64,000 nucleotides of DNA from a virus (Duplodnaviria; Heunggongvirae; Uroviricota; Caudoviricetes): positions 80,405-144,404 of IMG/VR virus record IMGVR_UViG_3300047567_000058, one strand, 5' to 3'. This document shows, in pieces, positions 24,474 to 35,055 of this stretch (positions are counted from its first letter, which is position 1; every line of letters begins with the position of its first letter). Made by a program: the position numbers and the translations under genes. The notes beneath the pieces were generated by a model. The model saw only the letters and a list, made by a program, of their open reading frames with translations, searched no databases and was not told where the DNA came from.

Positions 24474-26573
24474 CTATTTTTGAGAAGACAGCTCTTCGTC
24501 ATCGACGGCCAGATCAAGGATCTCGAGATACTTGTCCAAGGTCTTGCGGTTGATGTTCTTGTCGCCGGACATCTTGATGGAAACGTTCATCGGATCCTCG
24601 GATTCAAGCAAAGCCTTGATAAGGGCTTCTCTGTCTGCCGGGGAAGATGACGTCTCGCGGAGCTCTTTGGCGACGATGTCGCCTCGCTTCGTTAGCATCA
24701 GGTTGTCAGTCTCCATCTCGCCTAGACGAATCGGGGTGGAAGCGACCAGCTGGCGTTTGTCCTTCTTGAGGTTGGACTTTGACGGCAGATCGCGAATGTT
24801 GAGTATGGAGGCCGAGCGCGCGCTTGATTTGTTGGCAGGCTCATGCTTCAATCTGATGAAGTACATGTCGCCGAGCACCATCTTGCGCTCGATGCCTTTC
24901 ATATTGTAGAGGCTGCACCATTCCGGATGCTTCTCGAAGATGTCGACGAATTGCTGCATCGTCGTGTTTCCGAAGAACGGAGGCTGATGGATGTAGATGC
25001 CATTGTCCTCGATGTCCTTGATGAATTCCTCTTTCTTGGCGCGGCTCATCGTCGCGTACCGAGAATAGAAGAAGTCATATTCGGTTTTATTGATGGACTT
25101 CATGTAGTCGAACAAGACGTCCGCTTTGGCTCCGAGGTTATCCAATCCCTTCATGATCTTAACGACATGATCGGACATGAAGTTGATATGCTGCTCTTGG
25201 ATCTGAGCGAGATTGAGACGGTTGATGATGCCTAAGCTGTTCAGGCACACATCGGCTCTGACTCCGTCTTCGGTCATCGGCATCTTGTCATCGTCTTCGA
25301 TGAGGGAAACGACGCCTTTGTTGCCGTATCTTCCGGAAAGCTTTGACCCCGGAACAAGAGGATTCTCTTTGAGGATCGTGAAGGTCATCTTAAACCCATC
25401 GAAGACTCTCTGATCATCCTTCCACTTGATATCCGGATCGATGTACTCATGGGCTTTCTTCCAATAGAATCCAAGCTCGTCGGTGTACTGATTCGGATTG
25501 AGTCTCTTAGGAAGCGGATGCTTATACGAAGCCCCGTATTCCTTCTTCTCGGCCTCGTAGGCTTTCTTCTCGGCGGCGGTCATGCCGTTGATAAGCTGGC
25601 GTTCCGTCGCGACCGGGATGACTTTCTCGAGAGCGTGCGCCAATTCGGTGTAGTAGGAATTCTGCTCCTCGATCACCTTCGACGCCTCTTTGCAGAAGTC
25701 GTTCTTGCCGGACTTGAGCTTATCGAGGTCGACGTTCGAGCAGATATCGATGTCAACGACTTTGCCGCCGTTGGTGTAGATGATCTGATCGCTGTCTTCG
25801 TCGATGCGTCTCATGCGGTCCGACTGGAAGTTATAAAGAACGTTTCGGTTGTTCTCGCGGCGCAGTGCCACAAGGACATGCTCCCCGGTCATATCGCCGA
25901 CTTCGGGGAACGACTTATAGGTGGTTTCATCGCCATACAGATTGAGCATGACGTCGATGGTGCTTACCATGACGGTTGTTTGCTCGACCTTGTAAGAGGT
26001 AAGCTTCTCAGCCGCTGATTTGCTGATGACGATCGCGTCCTCGAACGTGCGATTGAGATATGGGATGAAAACCGCTTTGAGGTTGACTCCATACCCATAG
26101 CATCCGTTGTCGAGATAGTTCGACGTCTTGTAAATCGTCGATCCTTCCTTAACGGTGTCGCCAACCGAATTAGGCTTGACGCAATCGATGAACGCGGCGC
26201 CATAGTCTTCGGTGATATGATCAGCCGCGCGGATATGGATGATGTCATACACCTTGGATTTGGTGTATTGGACGATCAAGTCATAATTAAGCTGATTCTT
26301 GGCGATCTTGTCGATGATGACGAAATCCTCTTTGGCCTTCTTGCATGCGACCGAGTATTCGCCGACCTGGTTTTCGAAATTGGTGAAGACCTTCGGATAT
26401 TCAGGGGAGACGAGATGGACGAACTGGCTGAGATGATTCGAGAACATGTTAATGCGCTGCGTGTCGCAGCAGTTATCACGGGGGACCAAGAGCTCTTCAG
26501 TAAGGAAATAATGAGGGTTGCCCTTATTGTCGCTCTTATGGAAATCGAAGTATGTCTTTTGATCTTTGCTCAT
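24474..26573 (-). CDS. phage multisubunit RNAP beta subunit, C-terminal half (probably non-virion RNAP)
   Basis: GSKLSGRYGNKGVVS, NSLGIINRLN, YFIRLKHEPANK, RLGEME correspond to conserved beta segments; 699 aa. Confidence 0.92.
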   Translation of the reverse strand: MSKDQKTYFDFHKSDNKGNPHYFLTEELLVPRDNCCDTQRINMFSNHLSQFVHLVSPEYPKVFTNFENQVGEYSVACKKAKEDFVIIDKIAKNQLNYDLIVQYTKSKVYDIIHIRAADHITEDYGAAFIDCVKPNSVGDTVKEGSTIYKTSNYLDNGCYGYGVNLKAVFIPYLNRTFEDAIVISKSAAEKLTSYKVEQTTVMVSTIDVMLNLYGDETTYKSFPEVGDMTGEHVLVALRRENNRNVLYNFQSDRMRRIDEDSDQIIYTNGGKVVDIDICSNVDLDKLKSGKNDFCKEASKVIEEQNSYYTELAHALEKVIPVATERQLINGMTAAEKKAYEAEKKEYGASYKHPLPKRLNPNQYTDELGFYWKKAHEYIDPDIKWKDDQRVFDGFKMTFTILKENPLVPGSKLSGRYGNKGVVSLIEDDDKMPMTEDGVRADVCLNSLGIINRLNLAQIQEQHINFMSDHVVKIMKGLDNLGAKADVLFDYMKSINKTEYDFFYSRYATMSRAKKEEFIKDIEDNGIYIHQPPFFGNTTMQQFVDIFEKHPEWCSLYNMKGIERKMVLGDMYFIRLKHEPANKSSARSASILNIRDLPSKSNLKKDKRQLVASTPIRLGEMETDNLMLTKRGDIVAKELRETSSSPADREALIKALLESEDPMNVSIKMSGDKNINRKTLDKYLEILDLAVDDEELSSQK

Positions 26574-26578
26574 CTAAT

Positions 26579-27319
26579 TCACTTCCTGGCAGCTGATTTG
26601 CTGCTTTGCAGATTGGCTATGTCGGCCGGATCGATAACTCCGAGGTCATGGAGAGTCTTATGCGGATCTGGGAATTTTATTTTATTTCCCTGAACCTCAT
26701 TGACGAATAGCGTGAACGCGTCGACTTTGGCCTGATAGGCTTTAAGCTTGGCGTCGGATTCCGCCGGCATCGGATCATCCCCGTATCTGTAGAACCATTT
26801 GGTCCTCAGCGGATAGATGAGATCCAGCATCCTGAGAGCGGCGTCATGGCCTGAATCGGGAGGGATTTCCTCAAGCCTGCTTTCGATGGCTTTGAGGTCT
26901 TCGCTTACGGAAACGGCGTATTTGGCTTTGACGTCATAATCGGAGAACATGGATATCGCCGCCAAATAAGATGGCAAGCGAACCATGATGTCCTGATCTG
27001 ACATCATCGCCTCCAGATCGGATATCAGCGATTTTCTGTCGCCATCGCCCTGGAACGCGCGCAGTCTCTTCTCGACCGCCGAGATGCCTCTGATGACATC
27101 TGACAATGCGAGGATCGGGCCGAATGAGTCTTTGGCTGATTGGCTTCCCCTTCCGCAGATATCGGCTATCGTGGAATGATCGGAAAAGCACTTCATCACA
27201 GAGTCGTTTCCGGAGTTGGCCATCTCGAGGATCTTCGTGATGTCGGAGATCCCCCATGACTCCACTTTGTTATTTACGAGCTTCTCAAGCTCGGAGACTG
27301 ATGGCATCGTCGATGTCAC
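26579..27319 (-). CDS. hypothetical protein
   Basis: 246 aa ORF, overlapping stop/start. Confidence 0.75.
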   Translation of the reverse strand: MTSTMPSVSELEKLVNNKVESWGISDITKILEMANSGNDSVMKCFSDHSTIADICGRGSQSAKDSFGPILALSDVIRGISAVEKRLRAFQGDGDRKSLISDLEAMMSDQDIMVRLPSYLAAISMFSDYDVKAKYAVSVSEDLKAIESRLEEIPPDSGHDAALRMLDLIYPLRTKWFYRYGDDPMPAESDAKLKAYQAKVDAFTLFVNEVQGNKIKFPDPHKTLHDLGVIDPADIANLQSSKSAARK

Positions 27320-27639
27320 TTTCCCGCGTTGCCGGAATTCTGGGCCTGAGAGGCCTGAAGGACTTCGAACACGGTGCGCACTGCGTCACGAGCGGCTTCT
27401 TGGGCGGCTTTGGTGACGTACGGCATGATCGCGACAGCCTGGCGCTGATAGTGGATGTTGTTCGCCATGTCTTCGACATGCTGATAGACATCCTGCTCGG
27501 TCGCCCCTTCGGTGATCGGAAGGACCTTGATTTCGCCATCGGACATTTCGCGGATGGTGTACTCGAACGTGACGGTCGGGCCTTCCTGCTTAGCGCTCGT
27601 ATTGGCTGCTTTAGAATCGACTTTCTTGTTGTCTTCCAT
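27316..27639 (-). CDS. hypothetical protein
   Basis: 107 aa ORF, AGGAG SD. Confidence 0.75.
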   Translation of the reverse strand: MEDNKKVDSKAANTSAKQEGPTVTFEYTIREMSDGEIKVLPITEGATEQDVYQHVEDMANNIHYQRQAVAIMPYVTKAAQEAARDAVRTVFEVLQASQAQNSGNAGK

Positions 27640-27662
27640 AATGATGGGCTCCTGTGCCTTAT

Positions 27663-28931
27663 TTATTTATCATCGTCATCGGCGTCTTTGTCGGCTGAGA
27701 CAGCCGCATCGAGGGCGGCCATCGCGGCCTGGGCATCGTTGCTGGCTCCGGTGGCTTTCGCCATCGATACTTTTGACGAAACCTCGAGCGACCCGCTGAG
27801 AAGCGACTGCCCAAGCGCATCGAACTTAGATCTAAGCGTCGGGCTTGTCAGCAATTTGTCTTTGAGATTGGCCATGCTGAATTTCTCATCGTTGTACCCA
27901 TTGATGTACATGCCGATGCCAGCTCCGCCGATCTGCTTGTTGGCGCGCATGAGCTCGAACATCGACAGGTCGTTGTCGAATCCTTCGGCTTGGTCGAAGA
28001 TCATCATCGCGGCGCGTCCGCCGGACGAGTTGCGGGATTTGATGAGCGTGATGTTGGCTTCGAATCCTTTGATCTTGTATTTCTCGGTCGGCTCGAGCTT
28101 GCTTCCGGCATCGATCATCATGATCGTGTTGACGAGATAGGTAAGCGATTTGCCGCCAGGGATGGTGAGAGTGTTCTTGAGGAATCTGGTCTGCGATTCA
28201 GCAGGCATAGGACCGATGCTCATATTAGCGCTGAGCTGATTGATGATGATCGGGATGATATTGGCTTCAAGGCACGGCTGCAGGATCTTCTTAAGAACCT
28301 GCTTATTGACCTGAGCCGTGCGTCCGCCGATGGTCTGGCCATCAATCACTCCGCCATTGTCTGAGATGTCGGCTTTGGGCATCATGGTTGTCCACGAATC
28401 GATCATGATGAAAGTGGGCGGGAACATCTTGATTACCTTTCCGTTTTTGTCACGAAGACCATCGCAATTGTCGATCATGATCTCATCGGCGTATTTCTTC
28501 TTGGTGTCGTAGATCTGCTTGACCAAGGCCAAAACGGTCTCGGTGTAGATCCCGGTCTGAAGAAGAAGGACGTGCTTATTGATATAGTCCTGAGACAATC
28601 CGCTGATATTGCGGACGCGCTCGATTTTGTTCGATTGCTCATAGTCAAGGATGTAGAGATCGCTGTTCTCGTAATTCTTCATGATATTCGTGGCGATCTG
28701 GATCCCAAGCGACGATTTGCCTGATCCTGCCTTTCCGACGATCATGATCGCCTTGCCGGCGTCGAATCCGACCGCTTCGACGGTCGATCCGTCGTCGTTA
28801 ACGGTAATTTCGCCGTTAAGATAGTCGACGATGCCGATTCCTGATTTGATCAGGATGTCTTTCTGCGTGTAGCCGAAAGACGCCGGATTGTCTTGGATGG
28901 TGCTTCTCAATTCGCTCAGATAATCACTCAT
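27663..28931 (-). CDS. uvsX: RecA/UvsX-like recombinase
   Basis: IVGKAGSGKS Walker A, IMIDSW Walker B, IIINQL, IPGGKSLTY; start trimmed to MSDYLSE with AAAGGAG SD. Confidence 0.92.
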   Translation of the reverse strand: MSDYLSELRSTIQDNPASFGYTQKDILIKSGIGIVDYLNGEITVNDDGSTVEAVGFDAGKAIMIVGKAGSGKSSLGIQIATNIMKNYENSDLYILDYEQSNKIERVRNISGLSQDYINKHVLLLQTGIYTETVLALVKQIYDTKKKYADEIMIDNCDGLRDKNGKVIKMFPPTFIMIDSWTTMMPKADISDNGGVIDGQTIGGRTAQVNKQVLKKILQPCLEANIIPIIINQLSANMSIGPMPAESQTRFLKNTLTIPGGKSLTYLVNTIMMIDAGSKLEPTEKYKIKGFEANITLIKSRNSSGGRAAMMIFDQAEGFDNDLSMFELMRANKQIGGAGIGMYINGYNDEKFSMANLKDKLLTSPTLRSKFDALGQSLLSGSLEVSSKVSMAKATGASNDAQAAMAALDAAVSADKDADDDDK

Positions 28932-28999
28932 TAGTGTTCTCCTTTGTGATATCAGTGCGCAAGATTCGATGGATTGCCCGATAGGCACTAAGCCTCTTG

Positions 29000-29012
29000 A
29001 ACAATGAATTAT
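29000..29012 (+). promoter_or_regulatory. AR9-type late promoter motif
   Basis: AACAATGAATTAT. Confidence 0.65.
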
Positions 29013-29054
29013 CTCCGCGAATTAATTATAACTAATCACAGGCTGGTGTCAACA

Positions 29055-29384
29055 ATGACTTTAACTACGATAACTAACGCGCTGTCTTCGATCGGCGGAT
29101 ACACCGTTGACAAATGGTTCAGCCCCAAAAACATCACGATAGTCGCCCTTGGGCAGGATGCCAGCTACTACCCGAATCCTTCGACTGAGATGATCAAGTT
29201 CTCCACGGCCGATGAGGCGCTGCTCGTAACCGTCGGATCATACATAAACGGAGTGTTCACCGACGCCGAAGGGAACACCTCGGACGCAAACTACAAAGTT
29301 TGGCACGCCATATCATTCGACGAGATCATGTCTCTGGACGCATCCGTAGTCCGTGGCCCATCTGGGACGTTCATCAGCAAGTAG
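29055..29384 (+). CDS. small late protein (MTxxxI family)
   Basis: Track ORF trimmed to MTLTTITNAL, downstream of late promoter. Confidence 0.7.
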   Translation: MTLTTITNALSSIGGYTVDKWFSPKNITIVALGQDASYYPNPSTEMIKFSTADEALLVTVGSYINGVFTDAEGNTSDANYKVWHAISFDEIMSLDASVVRGPSGTFISK

Positions 29385-29421
29385 CCGGGAAAAATAAAAA
29401 TAATTTCCAAGGATCATCACA

Positions 29422-31098
29422 ATGCGCTTAGACATCATCGACATCAACGAGTTCATCAAAGAGAATCACTGCAAAGAGGTCACCGACCCGATATTCTTCA
29501 TGTCGGACGGAACCTACACTCCGAGCGGCCTATTCTCCTATGATATTTTCGGGATCACCGAGAAAGATCGCAAGAACCGCTTCGGATACATCAATCTCAA
29601 CGACCATTTCATTCATCCGGTCGTCTACACGATGCTCAATGGAAGAATGGGTGCCTACAAGTCGATTCTGAGAGGAGAGAAGTACGCGATAGTCGAAGGA
29701 AACCATCGCATAAAATACGTCGATCAAACGGAGAAAGGGGCTTTGACGGGAACCGATTTCTTCTATGCCAACTTCGAAAAATTCGATTGGATGGACGGAA
29801 CCGCCGATGATTCAGACCCATCTGACATAGACTCCATCGATAAGCGCACGCGCGTGATGTTCCTGAAATCCCTTGCCAAAAACGAGATGTTCGTCGACAA
29901 ATGGCTTGTCCTTCCGCCGTATTACAGGGCCGAGAACAGCCAAGACAGAACGATGGGCGACGACATCAATAAGCTTTACAAGGAGCTTATCAACAGATCG
30001 GCGGCCATCAAGAAAGGATTCGGATTCCAGGCATTCGGAGACCAGACCAAGCAGCGCATTCAGCAGCTTCTCGAGATGATCTACGAGAAAACGATGATGC
30101 CGATCACCGGAAAGGCGCTTGACATCGATAAGCCGGATGAGCTCAAAGGCGCAGCCAAGTTCAGCATGTTCAGAAAGCATATGCTCGGCAAAGCCATCGA
30201 CTGGTCTGTTCTCAACGTGATCACCGCGAATCTAAGTTCGGACTGCGAGAGCGTCGACGATTCCGGAACAAGATTCGGATACGGAAACTTCCCTCTCATG
30301 AGCGTTGTCTCCATGGCGAAGCCGTTCTTCATCAACAGCCTTACGGATTTCTATGACAGAGTCATATCCTTCATCGGATATGTCCCTGGGGTGAAACTAA
30401 GAAGCATCGATAAGAACCAGTATTCGGCGGACGTCGTCGACAAGATGCTCGATAAGTACATCAAGTCGGAGTATGGCAAGTTCGACCCGATCACGGTGTC
30501 GTTCATCGATGCCGACGGAAAGCAGGAATTCTTCACTCCGAAAATGGATCTCTATGGATCTGAGCAGGACGCCATCGACGGGAAGAATCCTATCGAGCAT
30601 CGCCCAATGACGATCACGGACCTCGTGTTCATGAACGCCTTGGACATCGTCGCGGACAAGCATGCCTATGTCACGCGATATCCCGTCACCAACTTCCAGA
30701 ACATCTATCCTACCAGGATGAACGTCATGAGCACGATCAAGACCAGAGACGTCTGGGTCAGGATCATGCCTGAGCTTGCTGCTTCTAAGCCGATACACTA
30801 TAAGCAGTATCCGTATGTTAAATACGCCGGCAATCCGCATCCGATGCCAGAGTCATATTATGAATTCGTCGGAGTGTTCAAGCTTGGCAACTGGCCTCTT
30901 AAGTCAATCGGAGGCGACTTCGATGGAGACACCGTCATCGCCAGAATGGTGTTCTCAAAGGAAGCGAACAGCGAAGCCGATAAGCTGGCATTCGCAAAAT
31001 CAAACGTCTTGCTGGCAGCCGGTCAGCCCGCGAGATCGCTGTCGAGAATCGGAAAGGACTGCGTGATAGCGATATACGAGATGACGAAGGACGAATGA
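29422..31098 (+). CDS. phage RNAP beta' subunit part carrying catalytic DFDGD (probably virion RNAP)
   Basis: FRKHMLGKAIDWS, TRYPVTNFQNI, IGGDFDGDT; 558 aa; behind a late promoter. Confidence 0.92.
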   Translation: MRLDIIDINEFIKENHCKEVTDPIFFMSDGTYTPSGLFSYDIFGITEKDRKNRFGYINLNDHFIHPVVYTMLNGRMGAYKSILRGEKYAIVEGNHRIKYVDQTEKGALTGTDFFYANFEKFDWMDGTADDSDPSDIDSIDKRTRVMFLKSLAKNEMFVDKWLVLPPYYRAENSQDRTMGDDINKLYKELINRSAAIKKGFGFQAFGDQTKQRIQQLLEMIYEKTMMPITGKALDIDKPDELKGAAKFSMFRKHMLGKAIDWSVLNVITANLSSDCESVDDSGTRFGYGNFPLMSVVSMAKPFFINSLTDFYDRVISFIGYVPGVKLRSIDKNQYSADVVDKMLDKYIKSEYGKFDPITVSFIDADGKQEFFTPKMDLYGSEQDAIDGKNPIEHRPMTITDLVFMNALDIVADKHAYVTRYPVTNFQNIYPTRMNVMSTIKTRDVWVRIMPELAASKPIHYKQYPYVKYAGNPHPMPESYYEFVGVFKLGNWPLKSIGGDFDGDTVIARMVFSKEANSEADKLAFAKSNVLLAAGQPARSLSRIGKDCVIAIYEMTKDE

Positions 31099-31130
31099 AA
31101 AGAGGACGGCCTAAGCCGCCCTCTTTGTTT
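31098..31130. terminator. bidirectional terminator
   Basis: AAGAGG.CGGC/GCCG.CCTCTT between convergent genes. Confidence 0.65.
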
Positions 31131-31136
31131 TGGGTT

Positions 31137-31742
31137 TCAGAATGCCGGATCGTCGGCATGCTCGAATGTGGTTGTCCAGCATTCAGATCCGAACGTCATG
31201 ACGAATTCTAGCTTTGCCTCGTCATACATGCTTGGGTTCTTTTCTTTTAGCATGACCATGAACGCCTTGGCGTTCTCAAGAAGCATATTGACCTTGATCT
31301 GCTTAGCAAGGATCTTCAATATGCTTTCGTCTTTTCCGTCGTAGCAGCCTGCGAATCCGATAGAGAAAGTAAGCACGGAGCCAGATTGCAGCTTTATCTT
31401 TCCTGATATGGATCTGCTCGTCCCGGATGGCATAATCTGATCTTTATTGACGCTGATATTCCCTATCTTCGTCACATCCATCGATATGACGGCCAATCCT
31501 ATTCCGCCGTCTCCGCTTTGGTCGGACGGCATGCTGCCTCCGATCTTCATGTCGAACCACGAATCCCGGTGGGACAGCACGCACCCCATGACGAGATTAT
31601 AGTCATTCTCGTTCAGCATCTCAGGCGGGAAAACGAGCGGAGAGACCTTCATAACGAATGGGTCGGCAGACACTCGCTGCCGGAAGAAATAAGGATACGC
31701 TCCGTTGTTGATGCCATCTACTATTTCGTTTGCAGTTAGCAC
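31137..31742 (-). CDS. hypothetical protein
   Basis: 201 aa ORF; true start may be ATG 31764 given one more indel. Confidence 0.7.
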   Translation of the reverse strand: MLTANEIVDGINNGAYPYFFRQRVSADPFVMKVSPLVFPPEMLNENDYNLVMGCVLSHRDSWFDMKIGGSMPSDQSGDGGIGLAVISMDVTKIGNISVNKDQIMPSGTSRSISGKIKLQSGSVLTFSIGFAGCYDGKDESILKILAKQIKVNMLLENAKAFMVMLKEKNPSMYDEAKLEFVMTFGSECWTTTFEHADDPAF

Positions 31743-31835
31743 TTGTGTATATACCTGCTTCCATGGATATGATATTACTGCCGGAGCCGTTTTGCAATAG
31801 GGAAATATTTATTTTTTTCCCAAAGAAAAGCCTCG

Positions 31836-32639
31836 TCACTTTGACGGGGCCTTGAGATCTTGATCTATGGTGTATCTCGTTTTCAATCCCGTTGTGACGA
31901 GATCGGATCTGATGCCTGACGCGATGAGATAAACATTCATCGTGTTGAGCGTCGTATGCTGGTCGATGTCGTCTTTGAGATTGTCGAGCATGACGTATCC
32001 GTTCTTGGCGATGTCTGAGTACATCTCTCGCTTCTTGGCTTGGTTGTCCGCTCGCGGGCCCATGAACTCCTTGAGGGCTTCGTTGGCGTTGATGACGTTC
32101 AAGCAGAATGCCTCGGCGTCGGATATGGCTGCCACCTTGGCGCTTCCGGTGGGCTGGCCTGACTTGAAATCGACATCCTCGTTCTGAAGGCTGTATTTGT
32201 TCTTCTTGGCAAGCATCTGCTGCACGCGTTTGATGTGGATGTATCCGACCGGGACTTTGGTGATCGTTCTGATGGCATCCTTCCCCTTGTCGTGATACCA
32301 GATGTATTCCTCGAGGGGAATATTGAGGTCATCGGCCGCTTTCTTGATCTGGGTAAGGCGCATTTCCTCGAAAGGAAGCTGATAGATCTGCACCGTGGCG
32401 TCGAGATCGGTTCCCATATGGGATGCCCATGCTGAGAATTCGGCGTCCGACATGATGTCGAACATCGCTTTGTATCTGTCGTAGTTCTGATGCTTGCTGT
32501 TGTCCATGTCTCCGACCACCGTGAGAACCATCGCCTCGATGGCTTTGCGCTTGGCTTCCTTGCTGTGGTCTTTGGGCTTGAATTTATCCGGCACGAGATC
32601 GATCTCGTTTTTGACTGGCGCTGGCATACTCATGTTCAA
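31836..32639 (-). CDS. second RNAP beta C-terminal fragment (probably virion RNAP)
   Basis: VPVGYIHIKRVQQMLAKKNKYS...SGQPTG...ISDAEAFCL...ALKEFMGPRADN aligns with beta end (YMLKL.H..DDK...QQPLGG...GEME.WAL...LQE.LT.KSDD). Confidence 0.75.
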   Translation of the reverse strand: MNMSMPAPVKNEIDLVPDKFKPKDHSKEAKRKAIEAMVLTVVGDMDNSKHQNYDRYKAMFDIMSDAEFSAWASHMGTDLDATVQIYQLPFEEMRLTQIKKAADDLNIPLEEYIWYHDKGKDAIRTITKVPVGYIHIKRVQQMLAKKNKYSLQNEDVDFKSGQPTGSAKVAAISDAEAFCLNVINANEALKEFMGPRADNQAKKREMYSDIAKNGYVMLDNLKDDIDQHTTLNTMNVYLIASGIRSDLVTTGLKTRYTIDQDLKAPSK

Positions 32640-33994
32640 TCTCCTCCGTATCCGTTCTTCTTGGCGGACATCACGAATAAAGAATAGTACATAAGCAGAG
32701 ACTTTTCAATCTGCTTGCTTTGCGTATTCTTATACTGCAGGCTGCTTGACTTGGTCATATCGGCGACGATTCTCTTGGCCTCAAGCTTATTGGCGTCCTT
32801 GGTGCCGGAATCGGCGTTGATGATATCGGTGCTCTCTTTGATGAATTGTATCGTCGAGATGTCATCTGGCATGTATTTGGCCCCGGTGGCCGGATTGGTT
32901 TTGTATAGGAAAGCCCCAAGCAGGCATTCGAATAATTCAGGAACGAGCTCCGGGCGCTTGGTGTCGACGTCTGAGACGACTGTCCTGACGATGTTCGACA
33001 CGTGCGAATCGGTTCCGGTCTTGAATCCGCTTCTGGCGGCGATGGTTATGAACTTGTCGTTGATCGGGCTTACGCTGTATTTCATCGAAGCCGAATGAAC
33101 ATATGATGCTATGGCTGCGCTATTGGAGTCTATGCTTCTCTCAACAGTCGACGAATTTCCGTCGCTGTCAACCGCAGTAGAATAGCTGCGCTCAAATGAC
33201 AGATATTTATTATTATCCTTGCCATTCTTGATGTAATCGTAATATTTGCTTGCGATCTTCCATTCGAAAGTGGCGGTCGCCGTGTATATTCCAGAGCAGA
33301 AGATGTCGTCCATCTCCTTGTCGGTCATAGACCCAGCAAGGATATCCTTGTAATTCTCGTATCTGATGGCTGCTTTGTTCTCAAGGACCCTGCGGACGTC
33401 GCCTAGCTTCTTGATGTCGAACCTCATGCTGATATCGGGCCCTTCGATGACCTTGAGCATGATATCCTCCTGGACCCCGTTCTGAAAGCTCTGGCTGCAG
33501 ACGCTCGAGTAAGGCTTAAGCATCGCGAAGAAATACACGGTTCTGGCGTCATCTTCCCTCTTAAGGGCCGTGAACACGCCGATCGCTATGACGAGAGGCA
33601 GGCCGAACAGCATCTGCTTCTCCATTTTCTTGGCGCTCTTGACGCGGTAGTATTCGGATGAGTCATATGCGTCTTTCACAGTGGCCGCGTCGAGATTGAT
33701 GTCCGCCAGGATCATCGCCTCGTCTCGGCTGTTGATATAAACCTGCTCTCCGACGATGTTCGTCAGAAGGGCTTTGGAATTGCTGTCTTTGATATACTCG
33801 ATGTCATTGAGGAATTTCATCCTTGACGCCGGCTTCGACAAAGCCGAATACACCTTGTCATGCAAGGCATCGTATATCGTGGTCTGCGGCTTTACGCCAT
33901 GAAGGGCCACGGTTCTGGCCGATGGCGCGTAATCCTCGTCATCGTCATCATCGTCCAGCGCCGGTTTGCGGCTTTCAAGCAGTTCATCGTACAT
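32636..33994 (-). CDS. hypothetical late protein (predicted leaderless)
   Basis: 452 aa ORF; AACAATGGATT-ATG. Confidence 0.8.
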   Translation of the reverse strand: MYDELLESRKPALDDDDDDEDYAPSARTVALHGVKPQTTIYDALHDKVYSALSKPASRMKFLNDIEYIKDSNSKALLTNIVGEQVYINSRDEAMILADINLDAATVKDAYDSSEYYRVKSAKKMEKQMLFGLPLVIAIGVFTALKREDDARTVYFFAMLKPYSSVCSQSFQNGVQEDIMLKVIEGPDISMRFDIKKLGDVRRVLENKAAIRYENYKDILAGSMTDKEMDDIFCSGIYTATATFEWKIASKYYDYIKNGKDNNKYLSFERSYSTAVDSDGNSSTVERSIDSNSAAIASYVHSASMKYSVSPINDKFITIAARSGFKTGTDSHVSNIVRTVVSDVDTKRPELVPELFECLLGAFLYKTNPATGAKYMPDDISTIQFIKESTDIINADSGTKDANKLEAKRIVADMTKSSSLQYKNTQSKQIEKSLLMYYSLFVMSAKKNGYGGD

Positions 33995-34037
33995 AATCCA
34001 TTGTTCAAGACTAGATTATGCCGCAACAATCAATTAT
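33993..34037. promoter_or_regulatory. back-to-back divergent AR9-type late promoters
   Basis: AACAATGGATTAT (-, 33993-34005) and AACAATCAATTAT (+, 34025-34037). Confidence 0.7.
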
Positions 34038-34073
34038 CTCAGGAAATATTTATTTTTTCCTGGCGGCAAGAAA

Positions 34074-34451
34074 ATGACAGCAGCACAAATAAGATACATA
34101 TTGGAAACCGTCTTAGGGCTTGATTCCACCGCGGATGCGCTGGCTCTTTCGAGCGTCATTCTTATCAGCGACACCAAGAAAGAGAATCTCATCACGGATC
34201 CCACGTCGAAGAGATTCAGATTCGACTTGGACAAGGATCTCATGGAAAGATGGAATTGCTACAAGTATTCAAGCGACGTCAATAAGGTTCCGGCGCACGG
34301 GCATTATGACATCATCTATTCAAACGAGGCCAAGACCGCCGGAGTCGTTTACGCATACGTCGTCGACGCCGACGATGGGAACCGCGTTCAGAAAGACTAT
34401 TACGACATCGGAAATATCATATGTATCTCAGCCGACAAGGACATCGTATGA
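34074..34451 (+). CDS. small late protein, MTAAQI paralog 1
   Basis: Track ORF trimmed; ATGA overlap with next gene. Confidence 0.75.
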   Translation: MTAAQIRYILETVLGLDSTADALALSSVILISDTKKENLITDPTSKRFRFDLDKDLMERWNCYKYSSDVNKVPAHGHYDIIYSNEAKTAGVVYAYVVDADDGNRVQKDYYDIGNIICISADKDIV

Positions 34452-34747
34452 CAGCAGCACAGATCGATTTGATGCTTGGCTATTTCGGAGTAGACGCCGG
34501 AGTTTGGACGTCGATGCCTGAGGTTTCGTCCATCGTTCTCGATGGCGACATGTCCGTGTATCCGTGCGATTCATGCCAGGTTTATTTCGATGACGCGCAT
34601 CAGCTTATCCATACCAGACGGCCGGCTTATCCAGGATCGACGGAATACACGTATTACGCGTTCTTCCCATACGTGTCCGTCGTTGCGTTCTATAGGACTT
34701 CGCCGGCTCATCGCAAAGAAACATACACAGTGGGGCTTAGCGTATGA
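34448..34747 (+). CDS. small late protein, MTAAQI paralog 2
   Basis: Track ORF trimmed; ATGA overlaps. Confidence 0.75.
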   Translation: MTAAQIDLMLGYFGVDAGVWTSMPEVSSIVLDGDMSVYPCDSCQVYFDDAHQLIHTRRPAYPGSTEYTYYAFFPYVSVVAFYRTSPAHRKETYTVGLSV

Positions 34748-35055
34748 CATCAGCTGAATTTTCATCAGCCATCGAATTGGCGGGAATCACGGCTGGCAAA
34801 TGGTTCCGATCTAGCGATCTTCGCATCATAGCCATCAAGACTTCGTCCAATCGCCAGTTCATCACCAAAGACACTGCCCTGCTGTATTTCGACGTCCCGA
34901 ATATGGTGATACGCATGAGAAACATCGAGAAGCAATCCGATGGCACTTATGTATATCCATCAGGATATGACGAAACCGACGATACCCTTGCCGACGCTTA
35001 CTTCGACGTCAATTCGATAGCGTCGTTCATATTCCTGGAGGATTTGAGATCATGA
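34744..35055 (+). CDS. small late protein, MTSAEF paralog 3
   Basis: 103 aa; ATGA overlaps. Confidence 0.75.
   Translation: MTSAEFSSAIELAGITAGKWFRSSDLRIIAIKTSSNRQFITKDTALLYFDVPNMVIRMRNIEKQSDGTYVYPSGYDETDDTLADAYFDVNSIASFIFLEDLRS

Noticed and set aside
19461-26573. CRISPR-like or evenly spaced repeat array linked to the RT
   Set aside because: Flanks were read by eye; neighbours are coding and only hairpins were found, no direct-repeat array. A self-dotplot would confirm.
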